This document shows, piece by piece, positions 1 to 13,168 of a DNA stretch of 64,000 nucleotides. Positions within the stretch are counted from its first letter, which is position 1, and each line of letters opens with the position of its first letter. The translations under genes were made by a program, and so were the position numbers. Location: the NCBI GenBank assembly GCA_028023455.1, contig JAQFVV010000005.1, positions 12,276,001 through 12,340,000 of the forward strand, written 5' to 3'. This stretch comes from Epiperipatus broadwayi. Lineage: Eukaryota > Animalia > Onychophora. The notes beneath the pieces are model-generated. The model saw nothing but the letters and a program-made list of their open reading frames with translations, made no database searches and had not been told where the DNA came from.

Positions 1-59
1 ACACAATATATTAAATTAGTGAATATGTTTTTACTGACATCCATTATGATAAAACAAGT

Positions 60-870
60 AGATTATATAAAATCAAATCAAATTACAACAGACACAATTC
101 ATAATATCCAAAATAAAAAATAGTTACATATAAAAATCTAGTCACATATATTTTGTTGTGATGACATTAAAATTTTGAAAAGTTACAATTAAAAGAGCAA
201 ATACATCAACATCAGGAAAAAAATCAAACTAAAAACAAATGAACAATTCATGTAGAAAACCATATTACTCATCACAATCTCACCTATCCCTCAAAAAAAG
301 CCTATAAAAACTGAACATATTGATATCAATTGCAGAAATGAGAAAAAAAAATCGCAAATATTTAACTTGAAAATTGTTCAGATTTCAAACAGGCTTAAGA
401 TTTTTTTCTAGATAGACTTACCATCATGAGTCCAGTGTGCCACACAATTATTGTTTTTATATAAGAGTATGTAGTTTTTCTTGGCTATAATATAAAACAA
501 AAAATGAAAACATGATCAGATTCACATTCTTTTTTCCGGTTTGTTTTCATGAACAGTTATCCATGTTTTCCAAAAAAAAACACACAGTGAGCTATTATTT
601 GAGAAATGAAAAGTATTTCTGTAATAAAGTAAAAACGCACAGAGATTTTCAATTAAAATTGAAAGTAATAGAAAACTATGTCCAAAACATTTTTCATAAA
701 AGTTTATTACTTTTATTTCCATATATCCATCAAAACTCCTATTTCATTAATTCATGTTATTCTTAAAACAAAATCAAACAAGCAAGATTTTGGTTTATTA
801 TTATTAATACTGCATTTCTATGGTAAATTCTCTTTCTAGAAAACATGTACTCAATTTTACTTTATCAGAC
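60..870 (+). repeat. Diverged segmental duplication, copy 1 (3' flank of the 345-aa ZF gene)
   Basis: Collinear matches to 5060-5965, e.g. tttaacttgaaaattgttcagatttcaaacaggcttaag vs tttaacttggaaattttccagataccaacaggtttaac, and tcatgttattcttaaaa in both. Confidence 0.75.
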
Positions 871-993
871 TGTTTTTTTACTTATTTTATCATATTATAT
901 ATATGTTGTAGAAGATATAATTATCATTATTTTAAGACCATTTTTACTATAATTTTAGATAACAGACATTAACACAATTTCTCAAAATTATAA

Positions 994-2031
994 TCATATA
1001 AATTGTATGAAAAATCCAATAGTGTCATAATCTGTGAAATGACTAGCTTCATGAATTTCTAGAACAGATTTCTTTGAATCTTTAAAGTCACACAAAAGAC
1101 ATTTAAAAACTTCAGAATCATAACAATTCTGAGTGGATTTTTCTTGCTTATTTTGAATTAATGTCAAGGAATGTTGTTTTATATGAGAACAATCTTTATA
1201 ATTTATCACACTACTTTGTGTAAATATTTTGTGAGCACATATGCTACAATCAAAAGATTTTTCTCCAATATGTATTCTGTTATGCTTCATCAACCTATAC
1301 TTTTTAACAGTTTTATAGTCACAGTAGCTGCAATGAAAAGGTTTTTCTCCTGTGTGTTTTCTTTCATGTCTTTCTAAACATTTTATAAAAGCAGTCCTGA
1401 AATCACAAAATGTGCATTGCAATGGCTGCTCTCTTGTATGTGTTTTCTCATGTAGTTTTAGACTGTGTTTGATACTAGTCTTGTAATCACAAAATCCACA
1501 ATGGAAAGGCTTTTCTCCTGTATGGGTTCTCTCATGCTTTCTTAAAGTACAACTGCTACTAGTCCTATAGTCACAAAAATTGCATTGGAAGGGCTTTTCT
1601 CCTGTATGTTTTCTTTCGTGCAATTTCAATAAGTATTTTTCAGTAGTCTTGTAATCACAATGTTTACAGTGAAATGGTTTTACTCCTGTATGTGATTTTT
1701 TGTGTATTTTTAGGCTTCCATTGTCAAAAGTGCTATAATCACAATCAGTGCAGAAGAAAGGCTTTTCTCCTGTATGTTTTCTTTCATGTCTACCTAAAGT
1801 ATTTTTGAAAGCCGTTCTATAATCACAAAATTTGCACTGGAATGGCTTTTCTCCTGTGTGTGTTCTTTCATGTGTTATTAAATTGTTTTTGACAGCTACC
1901 CTATACTCACAAAATTTGCACTGGAATGGCTTTTCACCTGTATGTTTCCTTTCGTGTATTTTTAATCTCATTTTGATATAAGACTGGTAATCACACAAAT
2001 TGCATTGGTAAATTTTTTTGTCTCTACTCAT
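994..2031 (-). CDS. Tandem C2H2 zinc-finger protein, 345 aa, single coding exon
   Basis: Nine consecutive CxxC-x12-HxxxH fingers joined mostly by canonical TGEKPF linkers, one degenerate finger, and an isolated C-terminal finger (FKCLLCDFKDSKKSVLEIHEASH). The frame is open for 345 codons in very AT-rich DNA. Confidence 0.9.
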   Translation of the reverse strand: MSRDKKIYQCNLCDYQSYIKMRLKIHERKHTGEKPFQCKFCEYRVAVKNNLITHERTHTGEKPFQCKFCDYRTAFKNTLGRHERKHTGEKPFFCTDCDYSTFDNGSLKIHKKSHTGVKPFHCKHCDYKTTEKYLLKLHERKHTGEKPFQCNFCDYRTSSSCTLRKHERTHTGEKPFHCGFCDYKTSIKHSLKLHEKTHTREQPLQCTFCDFRTAFIKCLERHERKHTGEKPFHCSYCDYKTVKKYRLMKHNRIHIGEKSFDCSICAHKIFTQSSVINYKDCSHIKQHSLTLIQNKQEKSTQNCYDSEVFKCLLCDFKDSKKSVLEIHEASHFTDYDTIGFFIQFI

Positions 2032-2099
2032 TTTTTTAAGTACTTTTAATTTGTTTTTATCATTAGTTTGTAATTACACTTAACAGCATTCATTATATT

Positions 2100-2195
2100 T
2101 TTGTTTCTTAAGGGTTCTTTTATATTTTTTATAGCTGCTTTGTAATAATAAAAACTGCACTGGAAGATTTTTGACTGATATGTTCGTTCAAGCAC
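2100..2195 (-). pseudogene. Eroded zinc-finger unit upstream of the 345-aa gene
   Basis: The minus strand reads ERTYQSKIFQCSFYYYKAAIK, a decayed version of the HERTHTGEKPFQCKFCDYRTA unit. Stops separate it from the ATG at 2031. Confidence 0.5.
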
Positions 2196-3740
2196 TTTTG
2201 TTAATTTTTGTTTTATAAAATTTATTCCTTATAAAAATAAGGTCAAATTAATTTTTCATGTAGTAATAATATTCTTCTCCATTATAAAACATTAAAAAAG
2301 AATGGTGTGTATAGTCAGAGAATTATTTGTTTTTATATGGATATATTTATAGATTTAAAATATTCCCTTTATCAATTCCCAAAACTTGCAAGACAAATTA
2401 ATTCTTATCCCTACATGAAATTATTCATAAATTTTAAAACAATTGCAATGGTTAAATTAATTTTTAGTAGGGATGACTACTTTTTAGTGATATATATTTG
2501 GAAAATTAACTTAATATAAAACAATGATGTTTTAATACAGCTCACTGCAGAAATTATAAAGTTCTATTAGATTGAACATACAATTCACGAGTAGAAAATT
2601 ATCCATATAATTGAAAGAATCTGTGATAAATCAAAATAGAAATACTTAAAAAAAAAAAATTAGTTTTGAGCATTTGAAAAACACACATGGAGGTAGTTAG
2701 ACTTAATGTAAATGATCTACATTTTCAATCTCCCATGATGTTCATTAGCATGGTTTCACTTTTTAGACAAACAGAAAAGCAAATTGTTTTCATTTGTATA
2801 ACATTGTTTATCCCTCAATGTATTATCAGAAAGTGATAGATAAACATAAGTTGTTTTAATTTCAATTATATGACATTAGACAATAATTCAATTTTACTTT
2901 TAATTTAGAGAAGCTGCATATAATAATATATTTAAATATGTTCAAAGTAATTATTTGACATTGAATTTCATTTTTAAATAATTTTAACAATAATTAAAAG
3001 TATCTCTAAATGAAGTTTTTTTTTAAAATAATCATCAACAACAAAACGAATTCAACAATTGATAATACATATTTAAGACTATAGTAAATCTTTATACATA
3101 CTTACAAATCACTGATAAATATCTTTCTATAAGTAAAAAGTCTATTGAAATATTAATTAAATTTGTTTCATTACTGATAAATTCCAACCAATTTTAGTAA
3201 CTTTAAATATATGACACAATATAAATATACTATTTCAAATAGAAATTCTTTTTAATACATATTCTAACATTTCCAGTTTATATCTGACAGAACAAATTAA
3301 ATTATTTTTCAGTCATTATACATCATAATACATATTTAGTCTTTTAAAGATAACAGCAATCATTAGTAAATTACTGCAGTTTTATATTTATATTATTACA
3401 TTTTTTATACAAAAATTAACTCATTTTGTTCAATGGATATCCTTTTTTTAGATTTGCAATTAACATTCAAAAGATTGTTTTAAAAATATGGTTTAATAGA
3501 TATCTTTCATAATCCATTTTTCATAATGAACTTGACTACAGCAATGATTCTCTAAATAATCTATTGAAATGAAATGTCTGAGTCCAAATACTCTCCATAT
3601 TCACAAGAATACAAAACTTTTATTGGAAATTTTTATTTAAATATGTCCTTTAAAATAAGGGACTCTTTCTTACAATGAAGACTGAAATAAATTATTAATT
3701 ACAAACATTCAACTGAATAAATAAAAAATCTGGAAGTTAC

Positions 3741-3886
3741 CCTATGGCCGGACATACTTCCTATAATAGATTTTAATGACTCAAAACATGCTCATGTGTT
3801 TTATATATTTCCTCACACATCAGACATAATGATGGCATGAATGTTTTGCTTAAACAGCAGGTTTTTAGATGTAAATTCCTGCCAAC
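3741..3886 (-). other. 146-nt exon-like block, paralogous to 13169-13314
   Basis: Acceptor tttttatttag and donor gtaact on the minus strand. Same length and similar 3' end (aatctattataggaagtatg) as the 13169-13314 block. All frames contain stops. Confidence 0.5.
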
Positions 3887-4784
3887 CTAAATAAAAATAA
3901 ATAAATATTGGTAATGCTAATAAAAATGAGATATAAGGTATATATTCTGAATATGTATGTATGAAGGTGAATACATATATAAATAAATAATGGTTCTTCT
4001 AACTGGAAAAATTGTTTTCCTTTAATTATGTAAACAATGTTAACATATTTTAAATTAAATTGCTAAGCCTTAGTAGTAATTGATATATAGTACTTGCTAA
4101 ATATATAATTTGGAATCAGAAAATGCTAGAACAAAAAAAAAAATATTAGAATTCTTCATACAGTTTTTGAGGCTAGTGAGGCTTTCAATTGCATCAACAT
4201 AAAATTTATGAAAATAAAAAAAAAATTAAATTTAAGAAAGAGTGCATCTTATATTAACAAATATTTTACATATCTAATACTGTATATACTATTTTATTTA
4301 TAATATATAATGACCAACATATTAAAATACAACTGAATTCAAATAAATTTGTTACTGAATGCCCTGTAATTATAAAAACAAGTATCACAGTTATTCAGAT
4401 TAAGAAACTACATTATTAAAAGTAATCTGTAAAAACTGATAATATTATGATATTCCAAAGATGTGACAGCAACTGAAAATTTATAGAGGTAAATATTTTT
4501 TGTGTATCTTTAATATTTACAATTTATATTCTAGATCTTTTTTAACTGCTTACTTTTGGTTAATTATGAAGGAAATTCTGTTGTATTTTGCTAAGGGGTG
4601 CATTCTACACAGATAACCATCATCTGCCTGTTGAATGTTAATGAATATCAAATTAATAACATATAACAAACTTATTAAACATTTAATAAACTGTGTAATG
4701 AGAATATAAATGAAATGAAAAAAAAAAATCTTTTTAATCCCTATGAATATATTAAATTAGGGGTAATACTGTACATGTATCATG

Positions 4785-5013
4785 TCACATGATCACCATT
4801 TCTTATGCTTGCTCATAACTGTTATTAAAGCAGGCAAAACTCTCCATACAGTAGCGCCACTCAGTAGAAGTTAGAGTAATCAATGAATGCCAGAAGAGCT
4901 ATGCATAGTGACTACTCATTTAATATCCCCAGACTATTTTCCAGCTTGTCGCTTTACTCTGGCTTGCACTGAGTGGTACTACTGTATGGAGAGTGTTGCC
5001 TGTTTTAATAACA
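4785..5013. mobile_element. Family A repeat: truncated minus-strand copy fused head-to-head with a plus-strand 3' fragment (60-bp inverted arms)
   Basis: 4820-4879 is the reverse complement of 4954-5013. It shares tcacatgatcaccatttcttatgcttgctcataac with 26101 and keeps only the 3' half of the HHR-like core. Confidence 0.85.
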
Positions 5014-5059
5014 TTTATTATGTTATACAACACTACAAATAAACAAAGTTTGACAGATA

Positions 5060-5965
5060 TAAATTATATAAAATAATTCATAAATATAAATAAAAGAAAC
5101 TGCAATAAAATTAATTACATAGCATTTAGCAATCCAAAATAAATAGTATTTAAAATAAAATTTAGTCACATATGCATACTTTACTACTGAATTTTGCAAA
5201 CTTGTAATAAAAATGTAATTATATGAGTACATCATGAAAAAATCACACTAAAAATGAATCAACCCATATAGAAAATCAAGTACTTTATCAAAGCCTACAA
5301 AAATGAAAAGTCACAACTTTAACTTGGAAATTTTCCAGATACCAACAGGTTTAACTTTTTTTTTCTGGAGAGACTACAGTGGGCAATACAATTAGTTTTG
5401 TATAGAGGTGTATAGCTTTTTTAGATCAGTAATATAAAACAAAACAAAAAATGAGCAGATTCATATCAGTTTTTGGTTTTTCCTAAGGGAAACATTGACT
5501 TATTAAAAAAATGAAAACTTAAAAAAAAAAAAAAAGTTTTAAATTTGCTTCTCTAATAAGAGAAATTTCATGAAGAGATTATTAGTTTCTGACTTATTGT
5601 ATCTAAAAATTGTTCAAAAAATTTTTGGAAAGAAATTATTGATGTATCCATTCCAAATACTATATTATTTTTACAATTCTTTAAATGGCATAATTTATCA
5701 TTTATTTCAGTTAGGAAATAAAAAATAATTGCTATTATTATTTATTTAGTAATGAAAATAATGAAGTTTACTTTGAAGAAGTCTCTGAGAATCAAAATCT
5801 CTGAGAAGCAAAGGCTATCACTTCATTATCATGTTATTCTTAAAATAAAATCAATATCATTTATTATGAAAGCAAGTTTTTAGTCTAATTATTATTAAAA
5901 GAATATATATTTATGATAAATTTCTTTTCTGAGGAACATGTCCTAGTTTTGTTTTATCAGGTGTT
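5060..5965 (+). repeat. Diverged segmental duplication, copy 2 (no ZF gene follows it)
   Basis: Collinear with 60-870. The ZF ORF that adjoins copy 1 is absent after 5965. Confidence 0.75.
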
Positions 5966-6332
5966 AGTTAAGCATATTTTCCAATAAGAAAAGAAAATAA
6001 TTCAATCATTTTAACAAAATTTACTTCCTAAAAGTTTTTGCTGTTTTCAATCTGTTAGACATGATTACAAAATGTTTATTTACAATTTATTTTAGATATA
6101 ATGCATACATACTGTAACAGGCAGGATCTTTTGTGACTTTGTAAAAGATGTAATGGGTGGGGTAAAAATGTAGAAAAGAGTAAGTCTTTGGTTAGGATGC
6201 TGGAGATGACGCGATGAAATATTTAGCCTATGATTACACAGACTTCCAATAGACTATCTCAACATTTATTTATTAAATTTAGATGTAATTTGGTTTAGTT
6301 CATCCACACCTCACCCTCTTCTCAACTCTGTT

Positions 6333-6403
6333 ATGCCTCAGTATTTGAACTCATGACTCTCTTGACAGGGATGTATTTATATCACTTGGCAACTACTGCA
6401 CCT
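6333..6403 (-). mobile_element. Possible decayed tRNA-derived SINE head
   Basis: The minus strand has an A-box-like tagttgccaagtga and a B-box-like gagttcaaatac at tRNA-like spacing. The cloverleaf is not convincing. Confidence 0.35.
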
Positions 6404-6689
6404 CTATATAGGTTACAATTAGTATCTAATAATCACCCAAACATTTTTTTAATACTATTATGTAAAGATGATATGTGTGTGTATATACATTTGAAGATAG
6501 GGGTTAATTAATGAATGCGAGAATTGATTAATAAATTAGAGACCAAATTGAAGTTAACCAATTCTTTAACATTTATAAACAAAACAAAAAAAAATAAGAT
6601 GAAAAATATTTTAACAATATATATAAAAAAATATATAATTATCTGTATCAAGGATGAACTTCTGCCATATTAATAATTCAATAATTTTG

Positions 6690-6912
6690 TGTTTCCGTAC
6701 CCGAATCCCAATGGCATAAATTCATACCAATGATACTAATTATTTACAAAGTCACGAAAAAAAAAAAATAAATAAAAATAATTTAATATGACCGCGAAAC
6801 TGACTAGCTAAGTTTAAGCTTTCCCATTGGTATATTTACATCAAAATCATAATCCAATTCCAGTCGACGGTCTTTGATTTCCTTAGGAGTCCCTCTATCT
6901 ATGTACAAACGT
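6690..6912. promoter_or_regulatory. CpG-retaining patch, candidate promoter region about 4.7 kb upstream of the 345-aa ZF gene
   Basis: Clustered CpGs (ccgtacccga, tcacga, ccgcga, gtcgacgg, aacgtg) against a background nearly free of CpG. Confidence 0.4.
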
Positions 6913-8949
6913 GATAGAAAAGACCTTTTATTCAAGAAGATTAGTCATTTATAGAGAAAACAAAAATAATAACTGTTAATTAACATATAACCAGTAACAC
7001 AAATTTTGTCCTGTAAAAGTGCATTTAATGTGGTAGGATAATAAAAAATCTTCCCCTGATAATGATCAAATGTCAAGTTGCTATGGAAGAGAAAAAGGTA
7101 ATCTAAACTTTATTTACAAAAGAAAATTCAACTAAAATTAACCATCTCTCCTCTACTTTCAGCTTTTATTTAAAATGAACTCTTCCAAAATCTAAATTAC
7201 AAAAGTTTTATGTTTTCAAGTATGAAAATGAGCATTTATAAAATTAGAACACAATTAAAATCAGAATTCCATTGAATCAAATTAATTAATGTTCATGAGC
7301 TGGTAATATCCTTCATGTATACAGTTCATCCATTATGGATGGTTCTCCTCAACCAAAGTGCAGGTCACTTGTTGAGGCTTCTCCATTGCACCCTCAGAAC
7401 AATTCCACATCGGCCCTCACTCGGTCTTTCCACAAATCTCTAACCAAGCATTTCATGATGGACAAAAGATGTTTTCTTAGGCATTTCAAGGGTAGGTTAT
7501 TGAAATTATCAGGCTTCCATGGTGGAAAAATGATCCTAACCTATGGCATCGACAGTCTAGCTGGAATACATTGCGTGGTAATTTATTATATATATATCAA
7601 TTTTAAATTAACTACTGTTTGCATTTAATAGATTTTACACACAAGAAAAGTTATTTCATCATTCTGCTTTAACAAAAAGCATTTTTCTTCTTTAATTCAT
7701 GTTTAAAAAGAATTATTTTAATATTAGTTCAAAGCAATCATCCAATTTTATTAAACTTCATGAACTTCTCAATTCTCCTTTGCTTCTACTTTCACCTTAA
7801 TTTGTTGTAGTCTTATGTTAATAACTATATCTGGAAAAATCACTTTTCAAACAGATCATCCATTTTATATGGCAATCAAAAAATCTTTGCTGACGATGTT
7901 GGCTTTCTGTAGAAAGTAGATAATTTCCAAAGACGATGTATTAAAATTGAATTCATTTTTATACTCAGCATGTTTTCCATTCCTTAGTACACTAAAATTT
8001 TTATTTTCTTTTTAATTGTCATAGGTACTCTTTGTTGTGTAGATTATATCAACGATAATCAATTCAAAAAACACATAAAATGAAATATTTCATTTTCATA
8101 CTTGGTTACTTAGCGACTGATTTGACATTAGGTCATTACCATAGTTGTTTTCAGTCCACATCATTGTACTGTTCAACTTGACATAGAAGACAAGCTTATT
8201 ATTAGTATATATATATATAACATTCTATTTTAAGTGTTTAATTTCGTCTATTTTCATTAATTGGGTTTTTCTTTATTACTTATATTAAAAAATTTGTTTC
8301 TCGTAATTTTATCAATTTAATATTTGATAAAGCAAAAAAAAATATATGCATATTACATAATTATATAGTTGTTTGGAGATAGTAAAATAGTGTGTATAAT
8401 ACATATATCAAACAAAATTTATTAAGTCAAACATAAGTTTAGAATGGCACAATTTGTGACATGGGTAATTGTAAGTTGGTTTGGTCAGGCTTCTAAGCTG
8501 CCCTTACAACTCCCCTTCCTTACAGGGTTAACATTTTAATTAATGATGAAAATTTTAACACATGGGGTGTGAATATGCATTTGAAATTGTAGTGCTTATT
8601 TTTTTTTAATAAAGGGTTATGAAGCCTACTTTATTATTTTTACAATTGCTTACTATTTACAGTTTCTGAAATTTTCTTCCCTTTCTTTTGGGTTATTTTT
8701 TATGGCTTTATTGTAATGTATCTCCTTTATAGATGACACATGTTTATCTGTCAGCCTCTATCCTGCTTTTCTTTTGAGACTTATTGGATTTTTTTTGAGG
8801 ACTAAGTATGGGAGCACAAATCATTCAGCACGGATTAACTCTTATAACTAGTTTAGTTGTCAGCTATCCCAGTGAATTTTTAATCAGTTAATAGGGTATA
8901 CCCTCATCAAAGAAAATTAATGACTCTGATCATTGATATATTCATATAT

Positions 8950-10596
8950 TGTAACAGTATCTGAGTTCGAACACGGTTAGCAACTTAAACAGAGACCATA
9001 AATATTAATTGTGGTTAGTATTATTAATTAAAATAACTCAAAATATAAATATAAATTATTCATTCGAACCCTATTACAAGAGTGTAAAATGAAAGCGGTA
9101 AACATTAAAGGTGCAACCTATACAGATAATCGTGATACATATTGATATATATATATTAAATACTAACAAATATTTAGATGAAAGTGAAAGAGAGCAGTTG
9201 TACGCAGTCATATTTCATTGATTTTGTAGAATGTATTTTGATTTATTATATATAGTACACTATGATTTTGAAATAATACTTGTAGCGCATGTGAAGAAAA
9301 TAAGTAAAGATATATAATATTAAAGAGTTTAAATTGTCAAGCAATACCACAGATAATATTTTGTTAATGACATTTGCCATTAAAATTCTAAGAACTCTGT
9401 TGAATAATTAGAAACAATGGAAGTTTGCTGGCTCTAAAAGCATTCCAAAGATAGGGGTCATCAGTGGATGGATAGATTTAAAGTGGGAAAGTTATGAAGG
9501 TTACATGAAAAGAAAGAACTTTTTTTAAAAAAAAAGAGAAGATAAAAAAAAAAGAATTCGGATTTTGTTGGAAAAGGGAAGCAGATCAATGAATCGTTAA
9601 AGAAAATAATTTAAAATAAAATAATACTTTCGTTCAATTTATAAATATCAATAGAAATGTATCCCATAGAAATGTTGGGGTAAGCTAATTGTGTAGATTC
9701 GTAAGACCGGCCTCATGTATAGCTGTCTGAACCTGCCTGAATAAGACATTCGTTATGGAAAGTTAAGGATCTAATTCTACCAAATGGATTGTTTGAGTAA
9801 CTACCAACAAATATAACAATCATGCCATCTGTGTGAAACACCTACCTAACAACTAAAGGAGAAAGTAATAACTGTGCAATGATGGGAGCCTTCTTCATAC
9901 TGATTTATTATTACTCAAAGGGCAATCTCCAGTAAGAAACTGTAAGCTTACAGAGGATCCATCCTAAATCATGAACGTTCATCCTCCAAGGAGGTAATTA
10001 TGACTTTATATCTATAATTAACTAAAATTTATGTATTAATGTAGTAAAAATTATGTGCTTTAGTGAAATGTTAAGATTTTTTTTAAAAATTTTTTATAAG
10101 TTCAGCTAACAAACAACTCTGACGTATATATATGTGCTCTCTTTCATAAATATATGTAAGATAAATAATATTTATTTAATGAAGGAATTAGGTGTTTGAA
10201 ATAAAATATATGAATATATTAATAAATGTTATAATTTAAATTAGAAAATACGTATTTATTTAGAGTGCAAGTTGTACGATTTGCATAGTATTCATAGGAG
10301 GGTATAAATGACTTACTTTTATTTATTACACAAATACCGTTCTTCAGATAGATTTATCTCCCACGCCTTGAGATCGAGCTAGTCTGGATATTTCATCCTA
10401 GAGACCACTAGAAACTTTTAGTTTGTGTTTTCGAAGATATAATTCTTATCGTTAAATAAGATTGGCGCTTGAGGATGGATTAGTAGATGCTCATAAATAT
10501 ATCTATCGAAGCAAAGGTCAATAATCCGATCATACCTGAAGGATTGGTAAAAGATCAGGGTAGCAGGATGTTAATATATATATATTGAAGTTAATA
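8950..10596 (-). mobile_element. Probable 3' LTR of the adjacent Gypsy remnant
   Basis: On the minus strand a polypurine tract aagaaaaggag (10598-10608) follows the integrase end. Termini are tgtaac at 8950 and a degenerate gttaata at 10596. There is no second LTR for confirmation. Confidence 0.4.
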
Positions 10597-10689
10597 ACTC
10601 CTTTTCTTAATTATTTCATCCATTATTTCTTTTATCTTTTTGTTTATACACATGTGGGATGAGGCAATCATAAGGTTACTTTGATTAAC

Positions 10690-11760
10690 CAAAATAGGGC
10701 TTCAGGATTCAGGCATTATAAGTGCCATTGATCTCTCCTTTTACATCTATCCAAAATGCACTTGGACCTGCTTGCTTTATAATGATATATGGTCCTTCAT
10801 ATTGATGGCAAAATTTTTGATATTTGTTCTCTTGGGCTTTGTTCATGTGAGGAGTCCTTATAAAAACATGATCTAAAATTGTGTGGATGTTTCTTCATAT
10901 TTTTAGTCATTTGCTGGGCCCTGTTCATAAGTTGCCTATACGCTTTTTGTCGATCTTTTTCTATATCTATCTCAGTATGCATAACTGTGGGTTTATATTT
11001 TACAAAGTATCGGAGTGAGTTGATTCAAGTGTAGTTTAATGGGTGTGAATCCAGTTGATTTGTTTATTAATTGACTACACACTTCATTTGCTTTACCCAC
11101 CCCTTATGCTCATTCTTTGGGTAAGTCCTAAACAACCGTCCGAGCTCCCGCAACATGTTTGCAAGGGTTGGTTGGACTGTGGATTCCTAGTGGATGTGAG
11201 CACGTTTGATTTGAGATTTTTCCAATTTTTTCCATTCTTTGGATAGGAAAGGAGTACCATGGTCTGTTAATATGGTTCTAGGCTTTTTTATCTCCACAAA
11301 CTGGAGGGCATCTAATTTTCTGATGATATATCTAGTAATAGCTTGGAGTATTGGGTATGCAGAAACATATTTAGAAAAAAGATCATATGTGACTAATAAG
11401 TATTTCTTTTTATTAAATAGAGGCAAAGTGTCCATAATAGTCAATCCCTAAGATCTCATTTGGTCTTTCTGGTATTATTGATTTGAGTTGATAAAATTTT
11501 GGTTTACTGACTTGGATTGTAAGCACTCCAGAAGATCTTAAAGTGATTTTGGCCAGTAGAACCAATATTGGAGTGTGGGTCATCTTATGAGCACCATAGT
11601 GTCCATACAGATGGTGTATATATTTTATGAGTGGGGCCCTTATTGACTTAGGTATTACAACCTTCCACTCTTCTGAGTCTAAATTCAGTTTATAGAGCAA
11701 GACCTGCTTTTCTAGTTTGTAATGAATAAGATCTTTTGGCACATCAGAACTTTCTCTCCT
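10690..11760 (-). mobile_element. Ty3/Gypsy integrase remnant (5'-truncated, frameshifted)
   Basis: ORF fragments contain the zinc-binding region (VVIPKS...HHLYGHYG), core motifs (PNEILGIDYYG; LLVTYDLFSKY; ILTDHGTPFLSKEW) and a C-terminal GPY motif (EGPYIIIKQAGPSAF). Confidence 0.85.
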
Positions 11761-13168
11761 GTCTTATCCACAACGTATAGAAATTTTTTTAGTTTCTATA
11801 CAAATTTTAAGCAGTTTTCTAATTACAAAATCAGTATTGGATAATTTTTCCTCCTGCACGAGTTATATTCCCTCAAACAATTTTTCATTTGTGCAAATAT
11901 TTTTATCTACTGTAAAATAATAACTAAAAAATAATTTAAAATATGGATTAGTATAAACTCAAGCAATGATTTATATATGGATTTATTTATGACATGAAAA
12001 GTATTTTATATCAACCTTTCACTCCCAAATCTGCAGTGAAAATTTTATATTTTCTTACATGATGTTATTTATTAATTTTTAATGAGATTGCAAAGGACAA
12101 ACACACTTCAGTAAGAATTAAAGATATTTTTCTAAATAGATTCAAACAAATTGTAATCACAAAAAGTACATGATTTTTTTCCTTCTCTGTCTATTTTCAT
12201 ACATTTATACAAGTTTTTTTTCTTCCTTGTATATATTGTAGTATTACTATTGTTGTTATAATAGTTTCCAATTAATTTTATATATAAAAGGTAGATGTAT
12301 TATATACACAATGTAGATTGTATTTGTAAAATAGTTCCAACACAATGAAAAGTCAAAAATCAATATTTGCTGAAGTTTTTATGTGATACTATTATTGTTA
12401 TTATATATATATATATACATACGCACACAATTACTTCTGTTATATAAAGATATTTTACTTTATATTGTATAATTTATTTAATTACATTTTTACAGAATAC
12501 TGTAATCACATAAGCAGCAATGGGAACATTTTTTAATGTGTTAATTTCACCTGTGGCATTTAATCACACTGAAATTTTGAACAATTTGGAATAAATCTGG
12601 AAATTCCTACTTTAAATATGAAATTGAGTTTGATCATTGATGAATTTCTAAAAATTTTAATAATTTTTAAATATTTAATCCAATAAAATTAATTTAATCT
12701 TAAATATAAATTCATGTATACTATACTAGGTTTTAATATTATTTCCAGTTTATCCCCAAATCTGTTTATTACATATACCAATGGAATCAATTTCAAATTT
12801 TAATTCGTATTTCAATATACCTTATAGTATGCCTGTAATAATTCAATTAAAGTAATAGCAATCTTTAATTAATAAAATACTAAATGTTATTTTTTTAAAT
12901 TACAATCATTTATATTAAATTTACATTTTCCATATTTAGATAATCTCTTTTACAATACATAGCAGAGTTTAACAGCTGTATTTTATGGACTATTACTTCA
13001 TATTTAACTAAAGAATATTTTGTGAAATAACATTCCTTTATTTCTCAACATTCTTCCTGCCCAATAAAAGTCATTAAAACATATTTATTGCTGTAATAAT
13101 GATTGAAGGCTATAATAAAAAAAATACTAATGATGTTTTGAGGAGATGGTTGCAAATCCAGTAGTTAC

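Noticed and set aside
6191-6230. HHR-like string CUGGAGA...GAAAUAUU with partial stem I complementarity
   Set aside because: A6 is mutated and no stem II can form. It is compatible with chance or an unrecoverably decayed motif.
7335-7628. 97-aa ORF in a GC-elevated patch
   Set aside because: No recognisable domain. The opposite strand has a stop-interrupted LWKDRVR stretch vaguely like a LINE C-terminus, too weak to call.
7890-7925. CUGACGA...GAAAG spacing resembling a hammerhead
   Set aside because: Stem II is only weak wobble pairs and stems I and III do not form.
8880-8910. Minus-strand UUGAUGA GGGUAUACCC hairpin
   Set aside because: No GAAA box follows the hairpin and C3 is missing.
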